Shown: positions 37,977-47,163 of the stretch, piece by piece | Numbering within the stretch: the first letter of the stretch is position 1 | How the letters are laid out: every line of letters starts with the position of its first letter | NCBI GenBank assembly: GCA_963810305.1 | Contig: CAWEMY010000005.1 | Coordinates: 525,304 to 589,303 of the forward strand | Length of the DNA stretch: 64,000 nucleotides | Direction: 5' to 3' | Origin: an uncultured Acidobacteriota bacterium | Lineage (GTDB): Bacteria; Acidobacteriota; Vicinamibacteria; Vicinamibacterales; 2-12-FULL-66-21 | Position numbers and translations under genes: made by a program | The notes under the pieces: model-generated | Told to the model about the DNA's origin: nothing | The model's input: the letters and a program-made list of their open reading frames with translations, nothing else | Database searches by the model: none

Positions 37977-39121
37977 ACTGCCCGCTGTGCGCCTCGGTCC
38001 GCGTCGAAGCGTTTCTGGTGCGCGACGACGTTCCGGTGCATCAGAACCTGTTGTTCGACAGCGCCGAGGAGGCAACAGGCAGCGCGCGCGGGCAGCTGTG
38101 CATGTCGGTCTGCATCGTCTGTGGGTTCGTGTTCAACGCCGCGTTCGACGCCGGCCGGATCACCTACGGACGCGGGTACGACAACGACCAGACCTTCTCG
38201 GCCTATTTCGACCGATACGTCGAATCTCTCGTCGCCGAACTGGCGGCGCACGTCGGCATCGACGGAAAGATGATCGCGGAGATCGGCTGCGGGACCGGCT
38301 ACTTCCTGCGCAGGGTCGTCGGGTCGGCGAAAGGCAGCCGCGGCATCGGATACGATCCGAGCTACACCGGCGCGGCGGCGAGCGAGGACGGGACGATCGA
38401 ATTCGTGCCGACGACTTTTACCGGGGAGTCGGGCGGGCGCGCCGCCGACGTCGTGATCTGCCGGCACGTGATCGAGCATCTGCCCGATCCGTCGGCGCTG
38501 ATGTCGGATCTCCGCGGCCGCCTCAGCCCCCACGCGGTCGTCGTGTTCGAAACGCCATCCGTCGAGTGGATCCTGCGCCACGGCGTGGTGTGGGACTTTT
38601 TCTATGAGCACTGCTCTCTGTTTTCCGCGTCGTCGCTCGCGATGCTGTTCGAGCGGTGCGGCTTCGAGGTGCAGCGTGTGAGCCACGTCTTCAACGAACA
38701 GTATTTGTGGCTCGCCGCGCGACCGGGTGTCGCTCCGGCTCGACCAGCCCTCGCCGATCAACGGGTCCTCGGCGAATGCCGGCGGTTCGGAGATCTCGAA
38801 CGTCGGACCGTCTCGCAGTGGCGCGAATCGGTCGAGACGGCCGCCGCACGGGGAGGGGTGGCTGTCTGGGGCGCCGGTGCGAAGGGCACAACCTTTGTGA
38901 ACCTCGTCGATCCGGGCGGCGGGCTGGTGACATGCCTCGTGGACGTCAATCCGCGCAAGCAGGGACGCTTCGTCGCGGGCACCGGGCATGCGGTCGTCGC
39001 CCCCGATCAGCTGGCGGCCCTGGGGGTCGCGACGGTCATCATCATGAACCCGAACTACGAGACGGAGATCCGATCGATTGCACGCCGGACCGCTCCGCGC
39101 CTGGAGTTCGTCGCGCCATGA
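37973..39121 (+). CDS. Class I SAM-dependent methyltransferase of the NDP-hexose C-methyltransferase type (N-terminal Cys4 zinc module)
   Basis: CPLC...CIVCGFVFN zinc-ribbon-like N-terminus, SAM motif IAEIGCGTGYFL, and a long C-terminal domain as in TylCIII-like enzymes (assignment from memory of the family). Confidence 0.75.
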   Translation: MNCPLCASVRVEAFLVRDDVPVHQNLLFDSAEEATGSARGQLCMSVCIVCGFVFNAAFDAGRITYGRGYDNDQTFSAYFDRYVESLVAELAAHVGIDGKMIAEIGCGTGYFLRRVVGSAKGSRGIGYDPSYTGAAASEDGTIEFVPTTFTGESGGRAADVVICRHVIEHLPDPSALMSDLRGRLSPHAVVVFETPSVEWILRHGVVWDFFYEHCSLFSASSLAMLFERCGFEVQRVSHVFNEQYLWLAARPGVAPARPALADQRVLGECRRFGDLERRTVSQWRESVETAAARGGVAVWGAGAKGTTFVNLVDPGGGLVTCLVDVNPRKQGRFVAGTGHAVVAPDQLAALGVATVIIMNPNYETEIRSIARRTAPRLEFVAP

Positions 39122-39897
39122 CCGACCGGAGCGTCAAGGCGGTCATCCTGGCAGGCGGTGTCGGGTCGCGGCTCAGCGAGGAGACGGGCGTCCGTCCGAA
39201 GCCGATGCTCGAGGTCGGGGGGAAACCCCTCCTCTGGCACATCATGAAGATCTATTCCCACTACGGCGTCAACGATTTCATCGTGTGCCTGGGTTACAAG
39301 GGCTACGTCATCAAGGAATACTTCGCGAATTACTTCCTCCACATGTCCGACGTGACCATCAACCTGCGGAACAACGCCGTCACCGTGCACCAGAACCTGT
39401 CCGAACCGTGGACGGTGACACTGGTCGATACCGGCGATGACACGCAGACTGGAGGCCGGCTCAGGCGCGTCCGTCAGCACATCGACGGCACTTTCTGCTT
39501 TACCTACGGTGACGGGCTCGGCGACGTGAACATCGGCGAGCTCCTGACGTTCCATCGGCAGCAGGGGCGCCATGCCACCGTCACCGCGGTGCAGCCCGGC
39601 GGACGCTTCGGCGTCCTCGACTTCGATGAAGAGAAGATCACAGGCTTTCAGGAGAAACCGTCCGGTGACGGGAGCTGGATCAACGGCGGGTTCTTCGTGC
39701 TCGAGCCTGCGGTCTTCGATCTGATCCAGGCGGATTCGACCGTCTGGGAGCGCGAGCCGCTGGAACAGCTCGCGCGCTCGGCGCAGCTCTCCGCTTTCAA
39801 GCACACCGGCTTCTGGCACCCGATGGACACGCTGCGCGACAAGCTCCATCTCGAGGCGCTCTGGGCCTCAGGCCGCGCCCCCTGGTGCGTGTGGTAG
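39118..39897 (+). CDS. rfbF: Glucose-1-phosphate cytidylyltransferase
   Basis: ATG overlaps the upstream stop (ATGA). Sequence KAVILAGGVGSRLSEETGVRPKPMLEVGGKPLLWHIMKIYSHYGVNDFIVCLGYKGY is the characteristic RfbF N-terminus. Confidence 0.9.
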   Translation: MTDRSVKAVILAGGVGSRLSEETGVRPKPMLEVGGKPLLWHIMKIYSHYGVNDFIVCLGYKGYVIKEYFANYFLHMSDVTINLRNNAVTVHQNLSEPWTVTLVDTGDDTQTGGRLRRVRQHIDGTFCFTYGDGLGDVNIGELLTFHRQQGRHATVTAVQPGGRFGVLDFDEEKITGFQEKPSGDGSWINGGFFVLEPAVFDLIQADSTVWEREPLEQLARSAQLSAFKHTGFWHPMDTLRDKLHLEALWASGRAPWCVW

Positions 39898-39901
39898 TGC
39901 G

Positions 39902-40972
39902 ATGACGATCCAGGCGGACTTCTGGCGCGGACGTCGCGTCTTTCTCACCGGTCACACCGGATTCAAAGGCGCATGGCTGGCGCTCTGGCTGAGCGAGCTC
40001 GGCGCCGACGTGACCGGATTCGCTCTGGCTCCACCCACGACCCCGAATCTCTATACGGCGGCTCGCATCGATCGCGATCTCCGATCCATCATTGCCGACG
40101 TCCGCGACGCCGGCGCGGTGCGAACCGCACTCCACGAAAGCCGCGCCGAGATCGTATTCCACTGCGCCGCGCAGTCGCTGGTGCGTGCGTCTTACGAGAC
40201 GCCGGTCGAAACGTTCGCGACCAACGTCATGGGCACCGTCCATCTGCTCGACGCGATCCGTGCGTGCCCCGACGTCCAGGCAGCGGTGATCGTCACGAGC
40301 GACAAATGCTACGACCCGGTGGCTCTCAATCGCGCGTACGTCGAAGGAGATCCGATGGGGGGGCGCGACCCTTATTCGAGCAGCAAGGGATGCGCCGAGC
40401 TGGTGACGACCGCCTTTCGTGCATCGTTCTTCGCCGGCTCGCCCGGCACGGCGAGAATAGCGACGAGCCGGGCCGGCAACGTGATCGGCGGGGGAGACTG
40501 GGCCGCGGACCGTCTCGTGCCCGACGTCATCCGCGCGTGCGCGGCGGGTCGGCCGGCCCTGATCCGCCATCCCCACGCGGTCCGCCCGTGGCAGCACGTT
40601 CTGGAGCCGCTTCACGGCTACCTGTGTCTGGCCGAGGCCCTCCACCAGGGCCGTGCGGACCACGACAGCTGGAATTTCGGCCCAGCCGACGACGACATGA
40701 AGCCGGTCGCGGACGTCGTGGAGATCCTCACCCGCAAGTGGGGCACGGGCGCGGGCTGGACCGTGGACGCGGCACCACATCCGGTCGAGACGGAGGCGCT
40801 GCGGCTCGACAGCGCCCGAGCCCGGGCCGCGCTGGGGTGGCGTCCGCGCCTATCGCTCGATACAGCCCTGGACTGGACGGTCGAGTGGTATAAGGCGTTC
40901 GTCGACGCGCCGGAAAGCGCGCGGAGGATGACGACGGGACAGATCGGTCGGTATACTTCGCTTCCTGAATGA
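39902..40972 (+). CDS. rfbG: CDP-glucose 4,6-dehydratase
   Basis: 356 aa extended SDR. Motifs GHTGFKGAWLALWL and YSSSKGCAELV, with a typical RfbG-like C-terminus. Confidence 0.9.
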   Translation: MTIQADFWRGRRVFLTGHTGFKGAWLALWLSELGADVTGFALAPPTTPNLYTAARIDRDLRSIIADVRDAGAVRTALHESRAEIVFHCAAQSLVRASYETPVETFATNVMGTVHLLDAIRACPDVQAAVIVTSDKCYDPVALNRAYVEGDPMGGRDPYSSSKGCAELVTTAFRASFFAGSPGTARIATSRAGNVIGGGDWAADRLVPDVIRACAAGRPALIRHPHAVRPWQHVLEPLHGYLCLAEALHQGRADHDSWNFGPADDDMKPVADVVEILTRKWGTGAGWTVDAAPHPVETEALRLDSARARAALGWRPRLSLDTALDWTVEWYKAFVDAPESARRMTTGQIGRYTSLPE

Positions 40973-41003
40973 CAATTCAATCCGGCCCGTCCCGGAGCGC
41001 GTC

Positions 41004-41531
41004 GTGATCCTCACACCGACTGCGCTCGATGGCGCATTTGTGCTCGACGTCGAGCGTCGCATCGACGAGCGCGGATTTTTTGCCCGGACGTTTTGCGTGG
41101 AGGAGCTGGCCGCCCATGGACTCGAGACATCCGTAGCGCAGGCGAACCTCGCGTGGAACGAGCGAAGGGGGACCCTCCGCGGGCTGCATTATCAGGCGGC
41201 GCCTCACCAGGAGACCAAGATCGTGCGGTGCACGCGCGGCGCGATCTGGGACGTCATGCTCGACATCCGTGCCGGATCTGCAAGTTTCGGACGGTGGCAC
41301 GGCGAGACACTGACGGCAGACAACTATCGGATGCTCTATGTCCCGCGCGGTTTCGCGCACGGCTACGTCACACTGGAGGACGACACCGAAGTCGCCTATC
41401 TGGTCGGTCACACCTGGGTGCCGGAAGCCGGCCGCGGTGTCCGTTGGGACGACCCCGCGTTCAGCATTGCGTGGCCCGTGGCCCCCACAGTGATTTCCCC
41501 AGCGGACCGCTCGCATGCACCCTGGGCATGA
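41004..41531 (+). CDS. RmlC-like cupin, NDP-4-keto-6-deoxyhexose 3,5-epimerase family
   Basis: 175 aa. Motifs RGLHYQ, KIVRCTRGAIWDVMLDIR and YVPRGFAHGY. Confidence 0.85.
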   Translation: MILTPTALDGAFVLDVERRIDERGFFARTFCVEELAAHGLETSVAQANLAWNERRGTLRGLHYQAAPHQETKIVRCTRGAIWDVMLDIRAGSASFGRWHGETLTADNYRMLYVPRGFAHGYVTLEDDTEVAYLVGHTWVPEAGRGVRWDDPAFSIAWPVAPTVISPADRSHAPWA

Positions 41532-42714
41532 TGTGACGCCTTCCGCGTCTCCACCCGAGGCCTTTACCCTCGGGTACCGCCCGTCGTTCGACGGCATTCG
41601 TGGCGTCGGCGTCCTGATCATCATGGGGGCGCACTCCTTCATCGCCGGCCTGACAGGCGTCGGGATCCTCGCGCTGCAATCGTTCTTCGTCCTCAGTGGT
41701 TTTCTGATCACCGTTCTTCTCGTGCGCGAGTGGGAACGGTATGGGCGCATCGATCTGAAGAAGTTCTACATGCGGCGCGCGTTGCGGCTGCTGCCGGCAC
41801 TTCTGCTCTTTCTCGGGATCTCCACCGTGATCGTGACGTTGACATTCCCCGAGATCCTCCGGGCACAGCACAATCGCGCGGCGCTGGCGGCGCTCTTCTA
41901 CTTTCATAACTGGGCGTTCATTTACGGGTGGATCAACCAGGCGACCGTGATCGGCCATTGCTGGTCGCTCTCGGTCGAAGAGCAGTTCTATCTGATCTGG
42001 CCGGTCGCGCTGATTCTTCTCCTCCGCCTGCCGGTGAGTCGCGTCACGATGATCGGCATCGTTGGTCTGGGAAGCGCCGCCTCGATGGTCGAGCGGATGG
42101 TCCTGCTGAGACTGCCGCGTCCGCTCTGGCGGGTGGCGCTCGGTTCAGATATGCACGCCGACGCGCTTCTGCTCGGCTGTGCTCTCGGCCTCGCCGCCTG
42201 CTGGGGCCTCCTGCCGCAGCGACGTGGATCTCTGCGGCTCATCAAGTCCTGTGCATTCGTGTCCCTGGTTTTTCTGACGTGGCAGAGCGCCCGCATGCTG
42301 GGTTGGGACCCGGCGTGGTTCGGCTCTTTCGAGCTGTCCGGCGGGCAGGGGCTGCGGGTCATGGCACTCGGCATCATGTTCCTGACGCTGCTGATCTCAC
42401 CGCCGACACTCGCGTTGCGGATCCTGGAAGCGCCCCTGATCGTCTGGTTCGGACGCCGGAGCTACAGCATCTATCTCTGGCACCTTGGTATCAACGCCTA
42501 CTTGATGATCAAGTTTCCGCAACTCGGCCAGCTGGGGATCGCAGTGGTCGGCGCGATCCTCAGCGTGAGTGTCGCGGCAGCTTCTTTTCGGTGGGTCGAG
42601 TCGCCGTTCCTGCGCATGAAGACCCGGTTCGCCGCCGAGCCGTCCTCGGTGGTCACCGTCCAAGCTCAGACAGCCACAGACGACGCGCCTGTGCCGGTGA
42701 AAACGAGTGCCTGA
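41515..42714 (+). CDS. Acyltransferase-3 family membrane O-acyltransferase, paralogue 1
   Basis: 399 aa with about 10 TM helices. Motifs YRPSFDGIRGVG, CWSLSVEEQFY and RRSYSIYLWH. Confidence 0.85.
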   Translation: MHPGHDVTPSASPPEAFTLGYRPSFDGIRGVGVLIIMGAHSFIAGLTGVGILALQSFFVLSGFLITVLLVREWERYGRIDLKKFYMRRALRLLPALLLFLGISTVIVTLTFPEILRAQHNRAALAALFYFHNWAFIYGWINQATVIGHCWSLSVEEQFYLIWPVALILLLRLPVSRVTMIGIVGLGSAASMVERMVLLRLPRPLWRVALGSDMHADALLLGCALGLAACWGLLPQRRGSLRLIKSCAFVSLVFLTWQSARMLGWDPAWFGSFELSGGQGLRVMALGIMFLTLLISPPTLALRILEAPLIVWFGRRSYSIYLWHLGINAYLMIKFPQLGQLGIAVVGAILSVSVAAASFRWVESPFLRMKTRFAAEPSSVVTVQAQTATDDAPVPVKTSA

Positions 42715-43889
42715 CGGCGAGGGTGCGGCGCGGTTCACGCTCGGATACCGTCCGTCGTTCGACGGCATCCGCGGGGTCGGCCTGCTCATGGTCATGGCCG
42801 CGCACTCCTTCATCGCGAGCATGGTGGCTGCCGGCACACTTGCCCTTCAGAGTTTTTTCCTCCTCAGCGGCTTTCTCATCACGGTTCTGCTCGTTCAGGA
42901 ATGGGAGAGAGGCGGCCGCATCGACCTGAAGCGGTTTTACGTGCGGCGCGCCCTGCGCCTGCTGCCAGCGCTGGTCGTGTTCCTGGGCGTTTCCACGGTG
43001 ATCGTCGCTGTGACCTTACCGGAGGTCCTCCGGACAGCGCACAATCGCGCCGCGTTCTCGACCTTGTTCTATTTCTTCAATTGGGCATTCATTTACCAGT
43101 GGGTGAATCAGGTGACCGTCCTGGCCCACTGCTGGTCGCTCTCAGTTGAAGAACAGTTCTACGCCGTCTGGCCGATCCTCCTCATCCTCCTTCTGCGACT
43201 TCGTGTGAGCCACGTGACGAAGGTCGGCCTGGTCGCGTTCGGCAGCGTCGCCTTCATGGCGGAGCGTGCCATCCTCCTGAGGATCCCGCAGCCGAGCCCG
43301 TACCGGGTTCTCATTGGTTCCGACATGCACGCCGACTCAGTGTTGCTCGGCTGCGCGCTCGGCCTGGCGGCCTGCTGGGGGTTTCTCCCGGAACGACGTC
43401 TGATGATCCGGGCCACAAAGGTGCTGGCATTCGCGTCGCTGGTGTTTCTCATCTGCCATAGCGTGCCGCGGCTACGATCGGAGGCCGCCTGGTTAGGCCC
43501 ACTCGAGCTCGCCGGCGGTCAGGGCGTCAGGGTCATCGCGCTCGGACTCATGTTTCTGACGCTGCTGGTGTCGCCGCCGAGGGTGGCGCTCCGTGGTGCT
43601 CGAGGCGCCGCTGATTGTCTGGTTAGGGCGCCGCAGTTACGCGATCTATCTGTGGCACCTGGGCATCAATGCGTATCTGGTGATCAGACTGGCCTGGCTG
43701 GGTGAGGCAACCATTGCGGTCATTGGCGCGATCCTCAGCCTGAGCATCGCAGCAGCGTCCTTTCGGTGGCTCGAGTCGCCGTTTCTGCGGATGAAGACGA
43801 GGTTCAGCGCCGAGCCGTCGTCGAAAGCGACAGTCCGCGCGCAAACGGGAACCGACGATGTCGCGGTGCCGGCGAAGACCAGTGCGTGA
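42707..43889 (+). pseudogene. Acyltransferase-3 family O-acyltransferase, paralogue 2, one frame change near 43595
   Basis: Track ORF 42707..43705 is colinear with paralogue 1 up to ...SPPRVALR. Track ORF 43593..43889 continues VLEAPLIVWLGRRSYAIYLWH... The GTG start overlaps the upstream stop. Confidence 0.8.
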
Positions 43890-45061
43890 GACCGCCGCGC
43901 CCGCAGTGGGATTCACCCTGGGCTATCGGCCATCCTTCGATGGCATTCGCGGGATTGCTGTTCTGATCGTCGTCTTCTCACACTCTTTCATCTCGAGCCT
44001 TCATCCAGCGGCGACGCTCGCCATACAGACGTTCTTCGTCCTCAGTGGGTTTCTCATCACGGTGCTGCTGGTGCAGGAGCGCGAGTGGTACGGTGCGGTC
44101 CGTTTAGGACGGTTCTATGCGCGCCGCGCTTTGCGGCTGCTCCCGGCGCTGGTCGTATTCCTGGCGATCTCCACGCTGTTCGTGATCGTCGGTTTTCCCG
44201 ATCACCTTCGGCGGCCGCACTACGAAGCCTCACTGGCCACGTTGCTCTATGTGTACAACTGGGCCCTGATTTACGGGTGGATCGACCGGGGCAACATCCT
44301 GGGTCACTGCTGGAGTCTGGCGGTCGAGGAGCAGTTCTACGTCGTTTGGCCGCTGCTGCTGGTCGGCCTGCTCCGATTGCCCGTCCGTCGGTTCTGGAAG
44401 CTTGCGCTCGTCGCCGCCGGTATCGTCGCGTCACTCTTCCAACGTGCCGGCGCCGCCAATGATCTCGACGACCTGGCGCGTGTTCATTGGCACCGACGTC
44501 CACGCCGATGTGTTGCTGCTCGGTTGCCTGCTTGGACTCGCGGCCTGCTGGGGCATGCTGCCCCGGCGTCACACCGCGATCCGTGTTGCGAAGGGTGTTG
44601 GTTTTGGAGCACTCGTTCTGCTTCTCTGGCACCTGTTTTATTGGGGGGACAGCTGGGCCTCGATGATGGTGTCCGCCAGATGGCAGGTCTTTAGAGTTGG
44701 CGCACTCGGTGGGATTTTTCTGGCCCTCGTGGCAACCTGGCCGAAATCGGCGACCCGAATCCTCGAGACTCCACTGCTCCTCTGGGTCGGACGTCGGAGC
44801 TACGGACTCTACATCTGGCATTCGGCGATTGTTGCGTACCTCGCCACGGTGAACACCGCATCCGGCGGCCGATGGGGCCCCCAATCGATCGCGATCGCCG
44901 CCGCCATCCTCAGCGTTGTCATCGCGGCTGCTTCGTTTCGGTGGGTCGAGTCGCCGTTTCTCCGGATGAAGACGCGGTTCAGCGCCGAGCCGTCGTCGAA
45001 AGCGACCGTCCGCGCGCAAACGGGAGCGGACCCACTACCCGCCGCCCGGGTCGATGCGTAG
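43882..45061 (+). pseudogene. Acyltransferase-3 family O-acyltransferase, paralogue 3, one frame change near 44440-44475
   Basis: The frame of track ORF 43858..44694 gives the N-terminal half. Track ORF 44402..45061 gives WRVFIGTDVHADVLLLGC... to the end. The C-terminal 30 aa are nearly identical to paralogue 2. Confidence 0.8.
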
Positions 45062-46037
45062 AGGCGAGCGCCGTCTGCTGCTCACTGGCGCCACCGGCTT
45101 CATCGGCTGCGCCGCGGTCGAGGCGGCGCTCGCGCGGGGGTTCGAGGTTCATGCGGTAGGCAGTCGGACAACTGCGAACCCGAGCCCTCAGGTCACCTAT
45201 CACGCGCTGGATCTCCTCGAGCCGGTGGGACTGGCGCGTCGGGTTGGCGAGATCGGCGCGACGCACTTGCTGCACCTCGCCTGGTCTGTCACGCCGGGAC
45301 AGTTCTGGACCTCTCGCGACAACTTCCGCTGGGTCGGTGCGACGCTGGATCTCGCCTCGGCATTCGCCGATGCGGGGGGCACAAGGATCGTCGGCGTCGG
45401 CACCGGATTCGAATACGCGGCAACCGACGACTTGTGCAGGGAAGGTGTTACTCCGATTGAACCCGCTTCCCCGTACGCGGTTGCGAAGGATGCCACCCGG
45501 CGCCTCTTGAGCAGCTTCGCCGGCACCGCCGGCATCAGCTTCGCCTGGGGACGTGTGTTTCTTCTCTATGGACCAGGCGAGAATCCCGGCCGGCTCGTCG
45601 CCTCGGTCGCGCGGTCGCTGCTGCGCGAGCAACGCGCGCTCTGTTCGGAGGGAACCTACGTGAGGGACTTTCTCCACGTCCGTGACACCGCCGACGCGCT
45701 CGTCGCCCTGACCGCCAGTGACGTCCAGGGCGCGGTGAACATCGCGTCCGGCGAGCCACTTCAGGTGCGTCAAGTCGTCGCGCGGCTTGCCGGTGAGATC
45801 GGCCGCGCGGATCTGGTGACATTCGGCGCGCTGCCAACGCGTCCCGAACCGCCGCGCCAGGTTGCCGATGTCATGCGTTTGCGCAACGACGTGGGCTGGT
45901 CTCCGTCGTTCGACCTGTCAACAGGTCTCCGCGACACAATCGCGTGGCATCGGCGTCAGATCAAGAGACGGATAACAGGAGATAAGGAGGTCAGGAGTAA
46001 TCAAGGCCAAGACAGAGATCAGACAGAGTCAGGTTGA
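45054..46037 (+). CDS. NAD-dependent epimerase/dehydratase (extended SDR)
   Basis: LLLTGATGFIGCAAVEAAL Rossmann motif and YAVAK catalytic motif. Overlaps the 3' end of the preceding gene by 8 nt. Confidence 0.85.
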   Translation: MRRGERRLLLTGATGFIGCAAVEAALARGFEVHAVGSRTTANPSPQVTYHALDLLEPVGLARRVGEIGATHLLHLAWSVTPGQFWTSRDNFRWVGATLDLASAFADAGGTRIVGVGTGFEYAATDDLCREGVTPIEPASPYAVAKDATRRLLSSFAGTAGISFAWGRVFLLYGPGENPGRLVASVARSLLREQRALCSEGTYVRDFLHVRDTADALVALTASDVQGAVNIASGEPLQVRQVVARLAGEIGRADLVTFGALPTRPEPPRQVADVMRLRNDVGWSPSFDLSTGLRDTIAWHRRQIKRRITGDKEVRSNQGQDRDQTESG

Positions 46038-46403
46038 TTGCCGCGGGCCTTCGTCGGAATCCGTCTCGGTGCGTCGTTGCCTGGACTCCGCGAGCCGCTT
46101 CTGCATCTTGTCAACGGTGTCCATCATCGCGTGACAGCATCCCTCTTGCGCCGATAGCTGTTCTTCGAGGACCCCGACCTCGTCGGCTAAGCCGGTGAGC
46201 ACCGTCCCGCGTTCGCCATTGGACAGCTCCGGTCCGACATGATGTTCCCCACCCCTGAGTTTCTCGATCGCGCGCATCGTGCGATGCACGCTACGGAGCT
46301 GCGCTTCCACTTGCGCCAGGAGATCCAGTTGCTCGAGCGCCAGCCACTCCGCCATGAGTTCCAGATCGCGCTTGCGCGAAACGTGGGATGACCTTTCAGC
46401 CAT
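46029..46403 (-). CDS. Hypothetical coiled-coil protein (124 aa)
   Basis: Internal ATG at 46403 of track ORF 46029..46487, with a TACGAT -10-like box about 8 nt upstream. Heptad-like sequence. No family recognised. Confidence 0.45.
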   Translation of the reverse strand: MAERSSHVSRKRDLELMAEWLALEQLDLLAQVEAQLRSVHRTMRAIEKLRGGEHHVGPELSNGERGTVLTGLADEVGVLEEQLSAQEGCCHAMMDTVDKMQKRLAESRQRRTETDSDEGPRQST

Positions 46404-46474
46404 ACAGAAATATCGTAGCAAAAGATTTCTGCTGTCCGGAAGAGGTCGGCCGGTTGAGGATGGGCTGGACGCTT

Positions 46475-46996
46475 TTACCATCGCCAAAAGCCGTGTGGGA
46501 TCTGCAAACCGACACTCCAGGTCAGCGTTGTGTCACGTCGCTCCGACGGCCCGTCGACTTGCCGCGCGAAACCAATGCTCACTCGTCCCATCAATTGGTA
46601 GCCAGCCTCCAGACCAACGTACGTGGACTGTCCGATGGCACGCCGTGGTGATGAAAAGGTGCGAGTCACCGTCAGCATGGCCTCGGGTCCGAACGGGCCG
46701 TAGAGCAACCAACGCGGGCCGATGCCGACACCGTAGCCTTCAAGGCCGACGCGCGCGCGGATCTCCAGAGCCATTACGGTTCCGGGCCCCCGCTTCGGCG
46801 CTCCCCAGGGAAAGACGCCGGAAATGCTGCCAGACAGTCGCTCGGGCGCGCCATAGTGCACCCCGAACAACAGCAGATTGGGTAATGAGTCACTGGAGGT
46901 CTGAGCCTGTGCGGACGCGGCGTGGCAGGTGACGATCCCGAGCGCCATCGCGGCGGCGATCAGCACCCGTTTCGAAAAGATGATTGGCGGTGCCAT
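46475..46996 (-). CDS. Putative small outer-membrane beta-barrel protein
   Basis: Signal peptide (KRVLIAAAMALGIVTCHAASAQA). The rest is Gly/aromatic-rich with alternating strands and ends in a C-terminal aromatic (FWRW). Confidence 0.55.
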   Translation of the reverse strand: MAPPIIFSKRVLIAAAMALGIVTCHAASAQAQTSSDSLPNLLLFGVHYGAPERLSGSISGVFPWGAPKRGPGTVMALEIRARVGLEGYGVGIGPRWLLYGPFGPEAMLTVTRTFSSPRRAIGQSTYVGLEAGYQLMGRVSIGFARQVDGPSERRDTTLTWSVGLQIPHGFWRW

Positions 46997-47163
46997 GAGC
47001 GCGAGAATAGGCACTCATCGGCGCACAAGTCGTGAGCAAACCGTGAAGAAGGGTGACATTCGCGTGTCGTCGGTTCGCTCTCCTGGTCCTGCCACGAGCG
47101 AGCCCAGTTAAGCCTCAAAGGCTCAGACGGCATCACCCACACCGTCGAAGCCGAAGGCACTGG

